Below are positions 38,020 through 52,539 of a stretch of 64,000 nucleotides of DNA, in pieces (the first letter of the stretch is position 1; the number at the start of each line of letters is the position of its first letter). Origin of the DNA: Narcine bancroftii (taxonomy: Eukaryota); the NCBI RefSeq assembly GCF_036971445.1, contig NC_091476.1, positions 159,464,001-159,528,000 of the forward strand, read 5' to 3'. The notes under the pieces were generated by a model. It made no database searches. It worked only from the letters and a program-made list of their open reading frames with translations, and was not told the DNA's origin. The position numbers were made by a program, and so were the translations under genes.

Positions 38020-38940
38020 TGGATGTAGATAAAGAGAAAATTGGTCCACATCTTAAACTCCTAAATTAGGGCAAGGCTAAGTTTGATGACATGAGACAGG
38101 AACTTGCAAAAAATTATTGGGACAAGCGTTTACAGGTAAAGGGACATCTTGCAAGTGGAAGGTTTTTAAAAGATTTAAGGAAAGTTCAAGGACAGCAAAT
38201 TCTTATTAGAATGAAGTGCAAGGCTGGAAGGATTATCAACTCCAAGATAACCAAAGACAATGAGTCTCTGGTCAAGAAAAAGAAGGAAGCTTATGTCAGA
38301 TATAGACAGATATAATCAAGCAGATCCTTTGAGCAGCATGGTGGTATGAGTTCACCTGAGAGTGAAGCAAGAAGGGAATACAAGATGGCTCTCGCAAACA
38401 AGGTTAAGGAGAATCCTAAGAGATTCTACAAGTACATTGATGCACCATCAATAATCACAAAACACTGAAGTTGAGAAACTGATAGGCTTTTATTAACTAT
38501 AGGCTGGAACAGCTGTCAGCCTCATTGACTGATCAAGGCAGGTGGAATGAAAGGTCTATGGGTAGGATCAGTCTCAGGAGGCATGTCCAGCCACCAGTTG
38601 CCAATCACAACATTACAGTGATTTACCACATATATGTTAAAGGCAAAAGAGTAATGACGGAGAGAAAGGTGCCTCTTAAAGATCAACAAGGCTATCTACG
38701 TGTGCAGTATGGAGGAAAGCAAGGTCCTAAATGAGTATTCATGATCTGTTTTTACTGTGGGAAAGATATGGAGGCTATGGAACTTGGGGAAATAAATGTT
38801 GATGTCTTAAAGAGAGTCCACCATACAAAGAGAAGGTGCTGGACATCTTAAAGTGCATAATGATAGATAAATCCCCGGGGCCTAATCAAGTGGATCCTAG
38901 AAGTAAGGGAAGAAATTGCAGGAGCCCTAACAGAGAATAT
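38020..38940 (+). mobile_element. CR1 LINE fragment (linker region)
   Basis: GKAKFDDMRQELA, KENPKRFYKY, DKSPGP. Confidence 0.85.
38438..38630 (-). mobile_element. Short solo LTR inserted in CR1
   Basis: TG...CA termini (minus TGTGGTAAA...GGTGCATCA), minus-strand AATAAA, flanks TACAT/TATAT; the CR1 frame YKY|VKGKR is split here. Confidence 0.65.
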
Positions 38941-38949
38941 TCACATTTT

Positions 38950-39960
38950 TAAACATATTATAATTGTACAGACCTCTATCTCTTCCTCTGGGTGCTTGTG
39001 TGAAAATGTCACTCCTCAGATCCCTTTAAAATCTTTCCCCTCTCACTTTAACTCTATGCCCTCTTGTTTAGGCTGCTCTATCCTAGGAGAAAGACTCTAA
39101 CCATTCACCTGATCTACCTACCCGGCTCCTCAGGATTGCATGTATGTCTATAAGGTGACCCGGTCAACCTCCCAAACTCAAGAGAAAAAGGCCTCAGCCT
39201 AATCAGTCTCTCCTTACAACTCAAACCTTTCAATCCCAATCTCATCCTGGTGAATAGTTTTTGCATCCTTTTAGTTTAATAACATCTTTCGATAGCTGGG
39301 TGACTAGAACTGCACCCAGTGCTCCGAGGGTGCTCTTACCAATATCTTGTATCGTTGTAACATGATGTTGCGATTCTTACAGATGAATGAAGGTATGTCA
39401 AACACTTCCTTCACCATCATGTCAATGCATTTAGTCACTTTCTGGGAACTATGTACTTTAATCCCAAGAATCTCTGTTCCTCAAGTCTCTTCAGACACTG
39501 CTATTTACTGTGTCAGTTCTGTCCTGGCTTAACTTCCCAAATGCATCATCTCATATCTGTCTAAGTTAAACTCCATCCAGTATTCCTTAGCCCACTTTCC
39601 CAGTTGACCTAGAACTTCTTGAAATCTTAGATAATCATCTTCACGGTCCCCATACCACAATTCTGATGTTGTCCACAAACTTTCTCACCAAGCCAACTAC
39701 ATTTGCATCAAAGAGAGTGACAACAGTCCACCCAGTATTCATCTCTGTGGCACGCCAATGGTCACAGGCCTCCAATTAAAAAAACAACCTTCCATAATTA
39801 CCACCTGACTATGTCCAGCAAGCCAATTTTGCATCCAATTGGGTAGGTCGCTCTGCATCTCATGTGATCTAAACTTTTGGGTCAACCTGCATGCAGGCCT
39901 TGTCAAAGGCCTTGACATAGTCTATATAGATAATCACTACTGCCTTGCCTTTGTCATTTT
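38950..39960 (-). mobile_element. CR1 LINE fragment (RT and C-terminus)
   Basis: Similar to 26660-27300 and 24500-24890 in the same orientation; contains a KAFDK motif near 39900. Confidence 0.8.
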
Positions 39961-40133
39961 ACCTCTATGTGTCTGTGCATATGTTGCTTATTGGACTTCA
40001 TAGAACAAACAAAGAAGCAAAAGATAAGAACTTTGGAATTTTCCAATACAAAAAATTATGTCATTAATTTGAAAGCGCTTTTTAAGAATATTTGCTGATC
40101 AGGAATTTTAACTCAATTTAAATTGTGGCTTTA

Positions 40134-40360
40134 CTGGTGGCATGGTTAGTGTAGCGATTAGCGCAATGCTGTTACAGTGCCAGCAATTGGGACAGGGGTT
40201 TGAATCCCATGCTGTCGGTAAGGAATTTGTACATTCTCCCATTCTCCCACCTTCAAAATTTACTTGGGATGTAGGTCAATCAAGTGTAATTGGGCGGCAT
40301 GGGTTCGTGGGCCTAAAGCACCTGTTACCATGCTGTGTGTCCAAATTTAAAATTAAAAAA
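40134..40360 (+). mobile_element. V-SINE (HE1-like), internally deleted
   Basis: GGTGGCATGGTTAGTGTAGCG head, GGTTTGAATCC box, CR1-like tail and A-rich end. Confidence 0.85.
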
Positions 40361-40370
40361 AATAATAATA

Positions 40371-43300
40371 GGAGGGGGTGTGGCGTGATAGCGTTGGGAG
40401 AAGACGTGGAAAGTGCCTCGCCTGGCAGAATTAATTAACACCTGACTTTTTTAAAATTTAAATATTGAATAATTTAAAAACTCTTCTAGAGGTAAGAAAA
40501 GATGGCTACAAAAAAAATCTAGAACACAGACTGAAGTTAGTGTGATGGAAGAAGCTGGGCCTACCTTGAAGACTCAGCCTCCGATCCTGGTTCTTCTCCA
40601 GCCTCAATCTATCAAGCCTCCTCGGGTAAGGATTCAAACTCCAGCACCAACTTTTTGGGGAGCTGGAGAAGATGGCACTGGAGCACAGAAGAAAACTACA
40701 AAAATGACTGTAGAATCAGCGCGCAGGCGGAAGTGATCGAGTTGGAGCCTGCAGACCTGACTTCTACTATGGTAGCAGGTTAAACGAGGGCCAAGCAGAA
40801 AGCCCGTCTACAATTTCAACCATTAGCTATATCTACAGAAGAAGAAGAAGAGGAGGTAGGAGTGGAAGAGGAATGTCTTGTGCCACAATCACAGGGAAAG
40901 GAATCAGAAGAAGAAGGAGATCAATTTATTCAAGGTAAAATGAGTGCATATTATGTTACCTCTTTGTCCATAGATTTTTGATAAAATATTTGAAAAAATT
41001 GAATCAATCAGTAAAAAAATAGTTGCAAATTTTGCAGAAGTGAAAGCAGATTTTACTACTCAACTGGGAGCGATTAGAGAAGAAATTACTGTAATGAAGA
41101 CAGGCAAAGTGTAATAAAACTGTTGATAAAATTAAAATTAAAGCTCAAAAATTTGAAGAAAACTTTCAGGAATGTCATATGGAGGGAAAAGAATGTAAAG
41201 ATATAATTAATAAGATAGAAGATTCTTTTTCGGTATGAGAAATTCAGAAGAAGGGTTTATTGCAAAAAGTTGATACGCTGGAAAATCAGAGGAGAAGAAA
41301 TGACGTAAACATTGTTGGTTTGCCTGAGGACTTTGAGGGCACTAATCCAGTACAGTTTTTTTCAAAATTGGCTGCCTGAAATTTGGGGATCAGAAAATTT
41401 TCCAAATGGTTTGGAACTTGATTGAGTTCTAAGGAAAAAGTCATTTCCGGGACAACCGCCATGCTCTATTTTGATTAAATTTTAACATTATCGAGATAGA
41501 GAAATTATTTTGAAAATGGCTGTTCAAAAAGCCCTTTTTAATGATTCACAATAATAGAATATTCTTCTATGCGGATTTGAGTAACAAAAATGTTAAAAGG
41601 AGAAAAGAATTTAACCCAGCAAAGTCAGTTTTGTGGAAGAAGGGATATAGATTTGCTTTTTGATCCACAGCAGTTCTTAAATTTTTTTATGGACAATTTC
41701 AAGCACATTTTTTTGCTAATGAATCTGAAGCTTTGAAATTTGCCATTTCATTGCCTAATAATAAGCAGAATGGAAGACAATGTTATCCATCTCAACAAAT
41801 GAAAGGGGATCAAGAAAAATCAAAAGGTGGGATTCCAGCAGGAAGGCAGCCGACTGAGGTTCAAGTTGAAATTGATGATATTCAAGTCAATAGAAACCTT
41901 GAATAAGCTCACCGTACTTGAAATTAAATCTTGATATTCTGTCTGGGGAGACAGATTCTTTTTTCTGCTTTCCTCATCCAAGGCCTCTTGCCACTAGTGG
42001 CGTGAGCCACTTTTCATAATTAAGGGAGTTCGTGCTGATCTAATCAGTCCATTTTGGGTTTTTTTTCTCTTTTATTATTTTATTATTATTTGGGGTTTCT
42101 TACTTTCTATCTTTGAAGATACATGTTTTGAAAGTTGGCTGTGGAGATGGGACAACCAGGGGTGGAGAAGGAAGTTGAGTCATTATATGATGGCAACACA
42201 TAATTTGAATTATGTAATATTTAATGTGAATAGGCTCAATAATCCAATTAAAAGGATGAGAGTTTTAGCTCATTTTAAGAAGTTTCCTGCAGGAAACTCA
42301 TTTAACTGAGAAAAAACATCAAAAGTTAAAGAGAGAATGGGTTGGTCAAATTATAGCTTCATCTTTTAATTCTAAAGCATGAGGAGTGGCCATTTTAATT
42401 AATAAAAAGTTGCCATTTAAATTACAATCAACAGTTATTGATTCTGTTGGTAGATTTGTTTTGGTAAATTGTCAAATTTATTCAGAATCTTGGATTTTTA
42501 TAAATATGTATGCTTCTAATATAAATGAAAAATTTATTCAAGATGTTTTTCTTAATTTGGTAGAAGTAAATGGAAATATAATAATTGGTGGAGATTTTAA
42601 TTGTTGTTTGGATCCAATTTTAGATAAATCTACAAAATCTTTAATGAAAACAAAAATGGCTAAAAGAATATTGATGTTAATGGAAGATTTAAATTTGGTG
42701 GATATTTGGAGAAAATTGAATCCGAGAGAGAGAGAGAGAAAATATTAATTTTATTCTTATCATTTTGAATCTTATTCTAGAATTGATTTACAAAGAAGAA
42801 TTGAACATGTACAATATAAACCTAGAATTGTATCAGATTACTCACCATTATTGATGTCATGTTTGAACTCTGATAGAATTGATTCAATTTATAGATGGAG
42901 ATTTAATTCATCATTATTAAAAAATGTAGAATTTTCTGTATTTATGAGAAGTCAAATACAGCTGTATTTAGATACAAATTTTAATTCAGTTGATAATAAA
43001 TTTGTTTTATGGGATGCATTAAAAACATTGAAAGGGGCCAAATAATAAGCTATTCGACCAAAATGAAGAAAAATTATATTAAGGAAGTGAATAATTTAGA
43101 GAAGGAAATAGCAATTTTGGAAAAAAATTGACAAAAAAATCCCATCTGAAAAAGAGAGGTTAGAATTGATAAATAAAAAAATGCATTATAATTCAACTCA
43201 GACATATAGGATTGAAAAATTAATCGATAGAACTAAACAAAAATATTGTGACTTAGGAGGACGAGCATATAAGATATTAGCTTGGCAATTGAAAATGGAG

Positions 43301-46072
43301 CAAGCATCAAGAACTATTGATGCTGTCAAAAAGAATTCAAAATTACTTATAAACTACAGGATATAAATGATTCTTTTACAGAGTATTATACCAAGTTAAA
43401 TTTATCTCACTCATTGAATAATAAAGGAGAAATTAATGATTTTTACAAAACCTTCAACTTCCATCTTTGAATTACCAAGCTTGAGAAGATTTAGATTCCT
43501 CATTTATGTTGAAAGAAGTTATAAAGGCTTTAAATTCTATGCAAAATGGTAAATCTCCTGCTGAAGATCAGTTTACATCTGAATTTTATAAAAAATTTAA
43601 AGAATTATTGATGTCTTTATTAATGTAAGTATTAAAACAAGCGACTGAAACTTGTTCATTACCAGAATCTTTTTTAAATGCTGTAATAACAGTTCTACCT
43701 AAGAAAGATAAAGATTTATTAAAACCAGAAGTCTTATAGACCTATATCATTATTAAATGTTGATTATAAGATTGTTGCTAAAGTTTTGGCAAATGGATTG
43801 AATGAGTATTTATCTGAGTTGGTTCATTTAGATCAATTGGGATTTATTAAAAAAGATATTCTGCTGATTTAAATTAGTAATTAGCTAAAATAATTAGTAT
43901 AATTCATATCTCTCAGAATAAATTGGATTTAGCATTAGTTTTATCATTAGATGCTGAAAAGGCTTTTGATTGATTAGAATGAAATTATTTATTTAAGGTT
44001 TTGCAAAAATTTCAATTTGGGCCAATATTTATGAATTGGATGAAAGCTTTATATAGAAATCCTTTGGCTTGAGTAGTTACCAATGGACAAGTTTCTACTT
44101 CTCTTTCATTAACCAGATCAGCTAGACAAGGATGCCCTTTATCTCCTGTATTATTTATTTTAGCAATTGAACTGTTGGCACAATCAAAAAGGCAAGATTT
44201 TAGTATTAAAGGAATTAAGGTTAATAAGGAGGAGCATAAGATTAGTTTGTTTACAGATGATGTATTGATTTATATAACAAATCCTGAAAATTCTTTAGTT
44301 TTTTTTATATAAAAAGTTACAAGATTATGGAAGAATATCTAGTTATAAAATTAATTGGGATAAAAGTGAATTTATTCCATTAGTAGAAGATTATGATTGA
44401 TGTAAATGAGTAGCTCAATTTAAGAGGACACAAAATCCGATTAAATATTTAGGTATTAAATTGATAGAAATTTAGATAATTTGTATAAGTTAAATGATGT
44501 TCCACTATTTAATAAAATTAAAGATTATTTAAATAGATGGAATGACTTACTTATTACCTTAATAGGCAGAGTGCACTGTATTAAAATGAATATTTTTCCA
44601 AGGATTCAATATCTTTTTCAATCTATTTCTTGTTTAATACCTCAAAAAAATTTAAAGATCTTAATTCAATTATAAGGATTTTTTTATGGAAAGGGAAAAT
44701 GAATAGCATACCTTTGGATAAATTAACTTGGAAATTTGAATTAGGTGGTTTACAACTTTCACATTTTCAGAATTATATAAAGCTGCACAATTGAAATTTA
44801 TTACTGCAATGTTTGATTTAAATAAACCTTCAATTATGGCAAGTATAGAGTTAGATAAAATTGATGAGAAATCTATGTCAGAATTTATTTATAAATGGAA
44901 TTCAAAATTGTTAATTAGTAAGGATCCACCAATATTGAAACATTTAATTGAAATATGGAATGAAATTGATTATGAGATAGGTGGAAAAGGAAAGATTTTA
45001 GCGAAAATGCCTTTATATCAAAATAAACTTTTTCCTTTTACTGTCAATAATCAGTTTTTAAAGGTATAGAATCAATTGGGTGTTAAAGAAAAGTTTAAGA
45101 TTATTTTGAAGCAGGGAAGTTTGTATCTTTTAATTGGATGAAGGAAAATTTTCAAGTTCCTAGTAATACTTTTTTTTGCTATTATCAGGTAAAAACCTTT
45201 TTATTGGAAAAATTAGGTCTTTTTTTAAAATCTCCTAGACAATCTGCTTTGAAATTATTACTTACTAAGGAGAAAACAAATGTTTATTTCTAAAATATAT
45301 CTTATTACAAAATAAAATGTCTTGGTTAAATGTTCATAAATCAAGATTAAAATGGGAATCTGACTTAAATAGGAAGACAGATGAAAATGTTTGGAGAAAT
45401 TTGTGTAAGTATAGTATGACTAAGGTTATAAATGTAACACATCAATTATATTTAAGCCCCCCAAAAAGTAAAGAAATTTAATTTAATTTCTTCAGAATTG
45501 TGTTTTACATGTGGAGAAGAGATAGGTACTTTTTTTACATTCAGCTTGGACCTGTTCTAAGGTACTTTTTGGATACAAGTTAAATTATTTTTGGAGTATT
45601 AAAAGTGAGTCTTCCATTTGATCCAATGTTGTTTTTATTAGTGGACATTAAGTCGATTGCTTTAGGGTTAAGATTGACTATGTTCCATATTGAATTTTTA
45701 TGTTTAACTTTGGCCGTTTCTAAAAAAATGTTTGGCCATCACCTGGAAATCTGATTTAGTCTCAGGAATGCAAAGATGGCACACTGAAATGAAATCCTGT
45801 ATTCCTTTAGAAAAGATAAACAATAATTTGAGGGATAAATATAATTTTTTTGAAAAAGTGTGGAGCCCATACCTAAAAATTCTTGCTTTGAAGATTTAAT
45901 CTCTCAATCCCCTCCGGCGGGTGTCTCGGTTTCCACAGCTAAAAAGTTGAATATTGTTGTTTTTAAGTGACGATCTCTTTTCTTATTTCCTAGTAGGTGG
46001 AAGGGTGAGGAGGATGGGTGTTAGTGGGGTGGATGAAGGAGGTTCTCTATGAATATGTTATAATTGATGCTG
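40371..46072 (+). mobile_element. Near full-length L1-clade LINE (pseudogenised ORF1 ~40500-41900, ORF2 ~42188-45899)
   Basis: ORF1 LENQRRRNDVNIVGLPE and RIFFYADLS; APE motifs QETHL, GVAILI, GGDFN, SRID; RT motifs [29 protein letters not shown]; Cys-rich C-terminus. The 3' UTR continues after the Gypsy insert at 48416, with AATAAA near 48437. Confidence 0.95.
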
Positions 46073-48415
46073 TGTAATGGCTACTTCAGTAGAGCTACTA
46101 AAGCAATACACATATACCAGGCAGCGTAAACGCAGGTGGTGATCCTGTTCAGTCTGACTGGCTATGAGGATATCATCTAAGTAGATGTAAGGAACTCTAA
46201 ATCTCTGCCCAAACCGTCTGTAAGCCACTAGAATGTTTGAGCAGCATTCTTCAACCCAAATGGCATCCTAAGAAATTCAAAAAGCCTGAAAGGGGTAATA
46301 ATTGCCATTTTAGGAATGCCATCCTTATTAACTGCATCTGATGCTATCCCTTGACAAGATCAGCTTTGGAGAAAACATGGCAATTGTGCAGATGGTCAGC
46401 AAAATCTTGTATATGAGGGATCGGGTATCTGTCAGGTGTAGTCATATTATGGAGCGTACAGTAATTGCCGCAGGCTCTCCATCCACCTGTTTTCTTGGGT
46501 ACCATGTGTAACGGCAATGCCCAAGGACTGCTGGAAGGCCAAATGATACTTAATTCCTCCATTGCAGTAAATTCTGCCCTTGCCTGCTGCAACTTATCAG
46601 GCAGAAGAAGATGAGCCGTGGCATAAATTGGCAGACCTGAAGTGTCAACGTCATGGGACACACCATGGGCTGTTTTGGAGGTATTGAAATTGGAAGAAAG
46701 AATACCAGGAAATTCACGAAGCAGGGCAGCATAGGCATCTTTGTGCAGGGTATGTACCCCGAGTTGGGAAACTTTCCCTTTGCTCCATACCAATGGGTCT
46801 GCTTGAAAAGTGGTGGCATGAACCAATTTCCTCCGCTTCACATCTACTAGCAAGTCATGGGATCTTAAAAAATCTGCACCCAAAATGGGCTCTGCAACAG
46901 AAGCCAAGATGCAATTCAAATGGAATGTTGCTCCTCCTATCCCAATCATGATGCGTTGTGTGCCAAAGCTGGGAACGGAGGTCCCATTTGCTGCTTGACA
47001 GCCAGGTGTTGTTGCTTATGTGTCTTTTCAAAACAGGTTGGCAGGAGCAAACTGACCTCAGCACCCGTGTCAATGAGAAATTTGCGCTTACCAGCGTCAT
47101 CTTGAAGATACAGTAGGCTAGTACCTGTGCCAGCTGCCGAGACCACTACTGACAGCTGGCTTTTTTCTGTAATAGCTAAATGCTGGGACACATCTATAGG
47201 CATTTGTCCACAACGGCGATGGTAAAAACACCATTCTCACCGCCTATCAGCACGTTCCTCCTTCTTTGTCTGAACCGCAGACACAGGAGGCTCATAGGAC
47301 ATGGGAGGATCTGCTGTGAAAACTGACTGTACATGAGCAGACTCTTGGGTTGGAGTACGGTAGAGCCTGTCAGCCTCCCTGGCCACGTCATGGGGATGGC
47401 AGAAATCCATGTTAGCCATTGATATTGTGTCATGACCCGGAAGTTTGAACAAGAATAGAGTCTCAAAAAGTAATCAATGAGAATGACCATCCACTAATGT
47501 GAGCATCTCATTCATTACATCAGATGGATTCCTGTCATCTAGTCCCTCCATATTTAAAAGCCTCATGCTGCGTTCATGTCTAGTCAACTCCAGCGTGTCC
47601 AGGAGAAATTGGCAGAACCTGGTGTATTGGTTGTCCGCCGGGGGTAGGCAATAAATTCACTTACTTTAGCTGCTGTAGCAGTGTCCAACGCACCTATGAT
47701 GTGCCAAAATTTCATGTCCTCCACCATTATGCCACGAAGACGAAACAGGGTTTCAGCCTGATTAAGCCATACCTGAGGTTGATGGGTCCAGAAAGGAGGC
47801 AAGTGAAGTCCCGCCGCATTAACTGCCGCCATGGCAGCAGCTGCTGCTGTAGTTGTGTCCGTGATAACTGAAGATTCAAGCTTCAGCTGAATCTTGCAGT
47901 CATGTCACCAATTGTAGCGGCTACTTTGGTAGANNNNNNNNNNNNNNNNNNNNNNNNNNNNNNNNNNNNNNNNNNNNNNNNNNNNNNNNNNNNNNNNNNN
48001 NNNNNNNNNNNNNNNNNNNNNNNNNNNNNNNNNNNNNNNNNNNNNNNNNNNNNNNNNNNNNNNNNNNNNNNNNNNNNNNNNNNNNNNNNNNNNNNNNNNN
48101 NNNNNNNNNNNNNNNNNTGTTTTATTTAGACTTTACAGGCTTCTTTTATTTACCTTTGTGAATAAGGGCTCCACAGGTTGGGGTGGGACATCATCCACAG
48201 GACCAGCAGGTTTAAATTAAGCACAGTGAGAGTCCCGCACCTTTTGGCAGGAGACTCAGCAAAACAACATGCCGTTACTCAGCAGCAGCACCGCGCACGT
48301 GCAGTCCATTAAATGGGTGAGTACCCAGCTGTCTGTCCTATAGTTCTTTGCGCCCGCCGAAGAACCGCACTGGCAACAGTTCACAATACACTCAGACCAC
48401 TACGTGACTGCTACA
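46073..48415 (-). mobile_element. Gypsy LTR retrotransposon 2 (gag-PR-RT; RNase H, integrase and most of the 3' LTR deleted)
   Basis: 5' LTR 47913-48415 (contains the gap) and LTR stub from 46073; gag LHLPPFWTHQPQVW, protease FLIDTGAEVS, RT SSSPWALPLHMVPKK...DRYPIPHI and YLDDILIAS, ending at the LTR stub. Confidence 0.92.
47934..48117. other. Assembly gap (inside the Gypsy 2 LTR)
   Basis: Run of N. Confidence 1.
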
Positions 48416-48883
48416 GTTAATGATTTAAAAATTATAAATAAAATAGATTTAACAAATTTAATAGGAACATTTATTGCTTAAAAACTAAAGATATTCTCTT
48501 GGAAAATATACAAAAGTTTGTTTCATATATTATGTTCCCAATTTTGCAATACAGGTTCCTCCCTGTAAAAATAAATTTTCAAATCCCTTCCTCCTCCTGT
48601 CCACAGCATATTACATGCAGCTGAAATCATTTGTGATAAATATAACTGGTTACACCAAGCGTGTGGTTTTATTTATCTTGGAACTGCTTTAAAACTGCAG
48701 GCTCCACAATAATGTTCAGATATCCACTAAACATGAGATTCCAGGCCTACCTACCAGGACACTGATCAAGTTGTGTGCAGCAAAAAGATACTTCAACATA
48801 AGAACTCATACTTCGTTAAATCAACGAATTCTTCACGAATCTCGTGGCACAGTGGGTTAAATCCTTGGCTGTTAAAGACTCAC

Positions 48884-48973
48884 TCCCTCTGCATTTCAAG
48901 GTAATAGCTGAACCAGCTGTATATATCTTCTCCAGTGACAGACTGAATTGTTCCAAATAATGTTAGTGGAATG
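48884..48973 (-). other. Candidate 90-nt symmetric (phase 2-2) exon
   Basis: ctaactccccag| ... GGGA|gtgagt; only one frame is open: IPLTLFGTIQSVTGEDIYSWFSYYLEMQR. Confidence 0.25.
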
Positions 48974-50129
48974 CTGGGGAGTTAGATGTGCGTCAGAGTT
49001 GCTGACCTTGGGTGGATACAACTAAAATTGTTCCATTCTTTCCAAAATATTGCAGGCTTGATCAAGGGTAAGACTTCTGAAAAACTGGGACAATACAAGG
49101 GCCTGTAAAGGAAAATCATTTCAATTATAATTGAACAAAGTGGTAGCCTTGTGATCTGGATGAGACTCAGTGGGTGATGACTGAGGGAGAGGGAGAATAG
49201 CTACATCATCTTCCAAAGTCTGAGGAATATTGATCATTGTGGCTTCAGAATTGTCCCTATTGACTTTAAAGTGGCCTACTTCAAGTACATTTGGCATTCA
49301 CCATGGGGCACAGTTCTGCAGTAAGATTAAAACCCGCATTATATGCTCTATTATTAACAGGGGAGTAATTTACATCAGAAAGATTACATTGTTCAATTCT
49401 TTTCTGACAACAACATTCTGAATTTGTGCAGGGTTGTATGTGATGTCATGTATGTACATTGATAATAATTCTGAAATCTGAACAATTTTGTTTATTGCAG
49501 GTATGAGGCTTCACAATTTCACTTGCATCTGAGTCAGTGAGTTGAATGGCATTGCAGGAAGAGAAATTTAATCAACTTCAAGGATAATTTCATAATGCAA
49601 GGACCTTTATCTTACTGCAGTGAGTTTAATTACTGAATGCAACAATTTCTCGACATCCAGTAATGGTGAAGTTGGGGTTGAGCTCTTCTTTTTTTCCTAA
49701 GTTTTGGTAGCAAAACTCATCAAGCAGTTAGTGATGGTTCACAACCCACTGTTTATCTTCCTCACTAGAAATTTCTGTGTTACCATGAACCATTGAATCT
49801 GCTTGCAAATTAGGGCCTGCTCTTAGTGTCAGTCCATAATAATTTACATTTTAAACTATTTAAATTAGCAAAAATATTGATAGGAATTTTGTATTTTATT
49901 AAAACAAATATACTTTTACTAGCAGTTGAACCACCCAACAGCTCAAAGTTAGATTTCCAACGTTGAACCAAATTTATTCCTGGAATAACTGATGATGCTA
50001 TCTTTGCATTAACTGATCTCAAGAATTATTTCTTGGTAACTGGGAGAAATTTGTGGCACTAACCACATCATTATTCAAATGCTACCAAAAAAAACAGAAA
50101 TGTGATTGCAGGGTGGAGGTGGTTGAGAA

Positions 50130-50730
50130 TTAAATATTCAAATGTTGCCAGGTAATTGGGAAGGGTAGGAAGGAAGGCAAGAGGGATGGGGAGGTGCTCA
50201 AAATTAAGAATGAGATCAGAATGACAGTGAGAGATGGTACAAGATCTCAGGAACAGAATGCTGAATCAATCAAGATAGAGATTAAGAATAGTGAAGTGGG
50301 GGGTGGTGGGGGGTGGGGGGGGGGGGAAATCACTGTTGGAGTACTCTAGAAATCTCCAAATAATAACATGTCAGTGGGATAGGCAATAAAATAAAACATG
50401 TCTGAAGCATTTGAGAAGGGTGTAGAAGTTCTCATGAGGTACTTTAATCTGCATATAGATTGGGTGAATTAAGTTGTTCAAGGCAATATTGAGGAGGATA
50501 GCTTTCTTGAGCAGCGGGTTACCAACCCTGCAAAGAGATATGAGATCTTAAATCTGGTCCTCTGCTGTGAGACAGGTAAAATTAATGAGCTTGTAGTTAG
50601 GGATACTCTTAGAAAGAAGGATCACAGTATGACTGAATTTCTGTTACAAATGGAGGGTGTAAATTTTCCATCTAAAACCAGCGTATTATGCCTGAACAAA
50701 GGAAACTACAATGGGATGAGGGAAGAGACT
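50130..50730 (+). mobile_element. CR1 endonuclease-region fragment
   Basis: Reverse-complement similarity to 35040-35620. Confidence 0.8.
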
Positions 50731-51184
50731 GGCAACACAAGCGGGACACTTGAGAAGCAACTGAAGTATTTCGAAACATACACAAAAGTGCTGGAGAAAC
50801 TCATCAGGTTTTGCAGCTTCCATGAAAAACAATAAGCAGTTAACATTTCAGGCCAAGAGAATGTCAGAGATTTTTCACAGTGTTCATCATAGAGCCCTCA
50901 GCATAGAAACCTTCAACCCTGCCACATCCATCCATGGTGAACTTTTTTTTGCTTATCTGCACCTCCTCCATGCCAATTTCAGTACCTACATATGTTGATA
51001 TTGTCATAATGAAATGGTGACGGGAAAGAACCTTGAATGGAATTGTTTGGTTTAGAATTGTTTGATTCTGAAGATGATCTGTTTTCATGGCAGCTTGAAG
51101 TTGTGGCTATCTTAGATCAATTCAAATATCAACTGAAAATCTCTTTCCAACCCAAAGTGAATTGGTTTGGGTAAAATCACAAGA

Positions 51185-51850
51185 TTTCAGATTTATTGTC
51201 AGAGTACAGACATGACATCACAATAAATCCTGAGATTCCTTTTTCCTGCCGGTGCAGCAAAATTTCCTCTAATTGGTTGTGCAAAAAAAACTCTACACAG
51301 TGTAAACATGCAAACACACAAAAGAACTGTAAACAGATAATGAATGTAAACAAACGTACAGAGAAAACAAAAGAAAATCAATAAAGTGCACAAGTAGGAG
51401 CCCTCAAATGAGTCTCTGACGGAGTTTGTCATTGAGAAGTTTGATGGTGGAGGGGTAGCAGCTGTTCCTGAACCTGGTGGAGCAAGTCTTGTGGCACCTA
51501 GACCTCTTTCCTGATGGCAGCAGTGAGAACAGAGCGTGTGCTGGTGGTGTGGGTCTTTGATGATTGCTGCTGCTCTCCGACAGCAGAGTTCCCTGTAGGT
51601 GTACACAATAGTGGGGAGGGTTTTGCCTGTGATGTCCTGGGCTTTGTCCACTACCTTTTGGAGGGCTTTACACTCAGGGTTATTGGTGTTCCCATACCAG
51701 ACCATGATGCAACCAGTCAGCGCACTCTCCACCTCACCTTCATAGAAATTTGCAGGGTTTCTGGTATCAAACCAAACCTCAGCAAACTCCTGAGGAAGTA
51801 GAGACACTGATATGTTTTTTTCACAATGTCATTGGTGTGCTGGGGCCAGG
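51185..51850 (-). mobile_element. Rex/Babar LINE 3' fragment
   Basis: ORF 51199-51807: VESALTGCIMVWYG...LQKVVDKAQDITG...AAAIIKDPHH. Confidence 0.9.
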
Positions 51851-52539
51851 ATAATACAGGATATGCCTTTTATGCAACTATTTCAAACATCATACATTTT
51901 GCATAATGATGAAGACTGACTAATCCAACAGGTGGTGGAGCCCTGAAGGTAAATTGGCCAATTACGGACTATGAGCAAAGTAATATAGCAGACTGGCAGC
52001 AAATACTTCCAGAGAGGTAAAGGCTGAATCAAGGGAAATGGTGAGAGGGCTGGGGAGAAATTGAAGAAGGGAGGTTGAGACAGGAGCTGCCAGGGAAGGG
52101 GAGGATTAAAGGCTGGGAAAGATTGAAATAGAAATGTAGTTGAGGGTGGCATCATCATCTTTCCATTTGATCTACCCAGCAACCGAATTATGTAGCATTT
52201 GTCAGCACAACTCAACCAGTGTCACCCACAACCTCAGAACAAATGAAAAGGCTGAGTGGTGTGAGTGTGTGACTTCTGAATAATTTACTTTGGCTTGTAA
52301 ATCCAAAGAGAAAAAAGGAGCAGACAGTTCTCAAAACAATTTGAACTTTGAGCGATAATTTTGTAACAACAATGTTCAGCATAAAATTTTGCTTCCCTTT
52401 AAAAATATTGTACTTTGACTGTTCTACCATTTCATTTCCAAGATACTTCATGAATACCAAGGTCACTGGCAGATCGGTTTGAATTGTAGAATGATGGAGA
52501 CAGCATGTCCAAAGAGTTGTTATGCATTGAGCTGAAATG

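Noticed and set aside
50296-50327. G-rich run with G-quadruplex potential
   Set aside because: Low-complexity expansion inside a decayed CR1; nothing suggests function.
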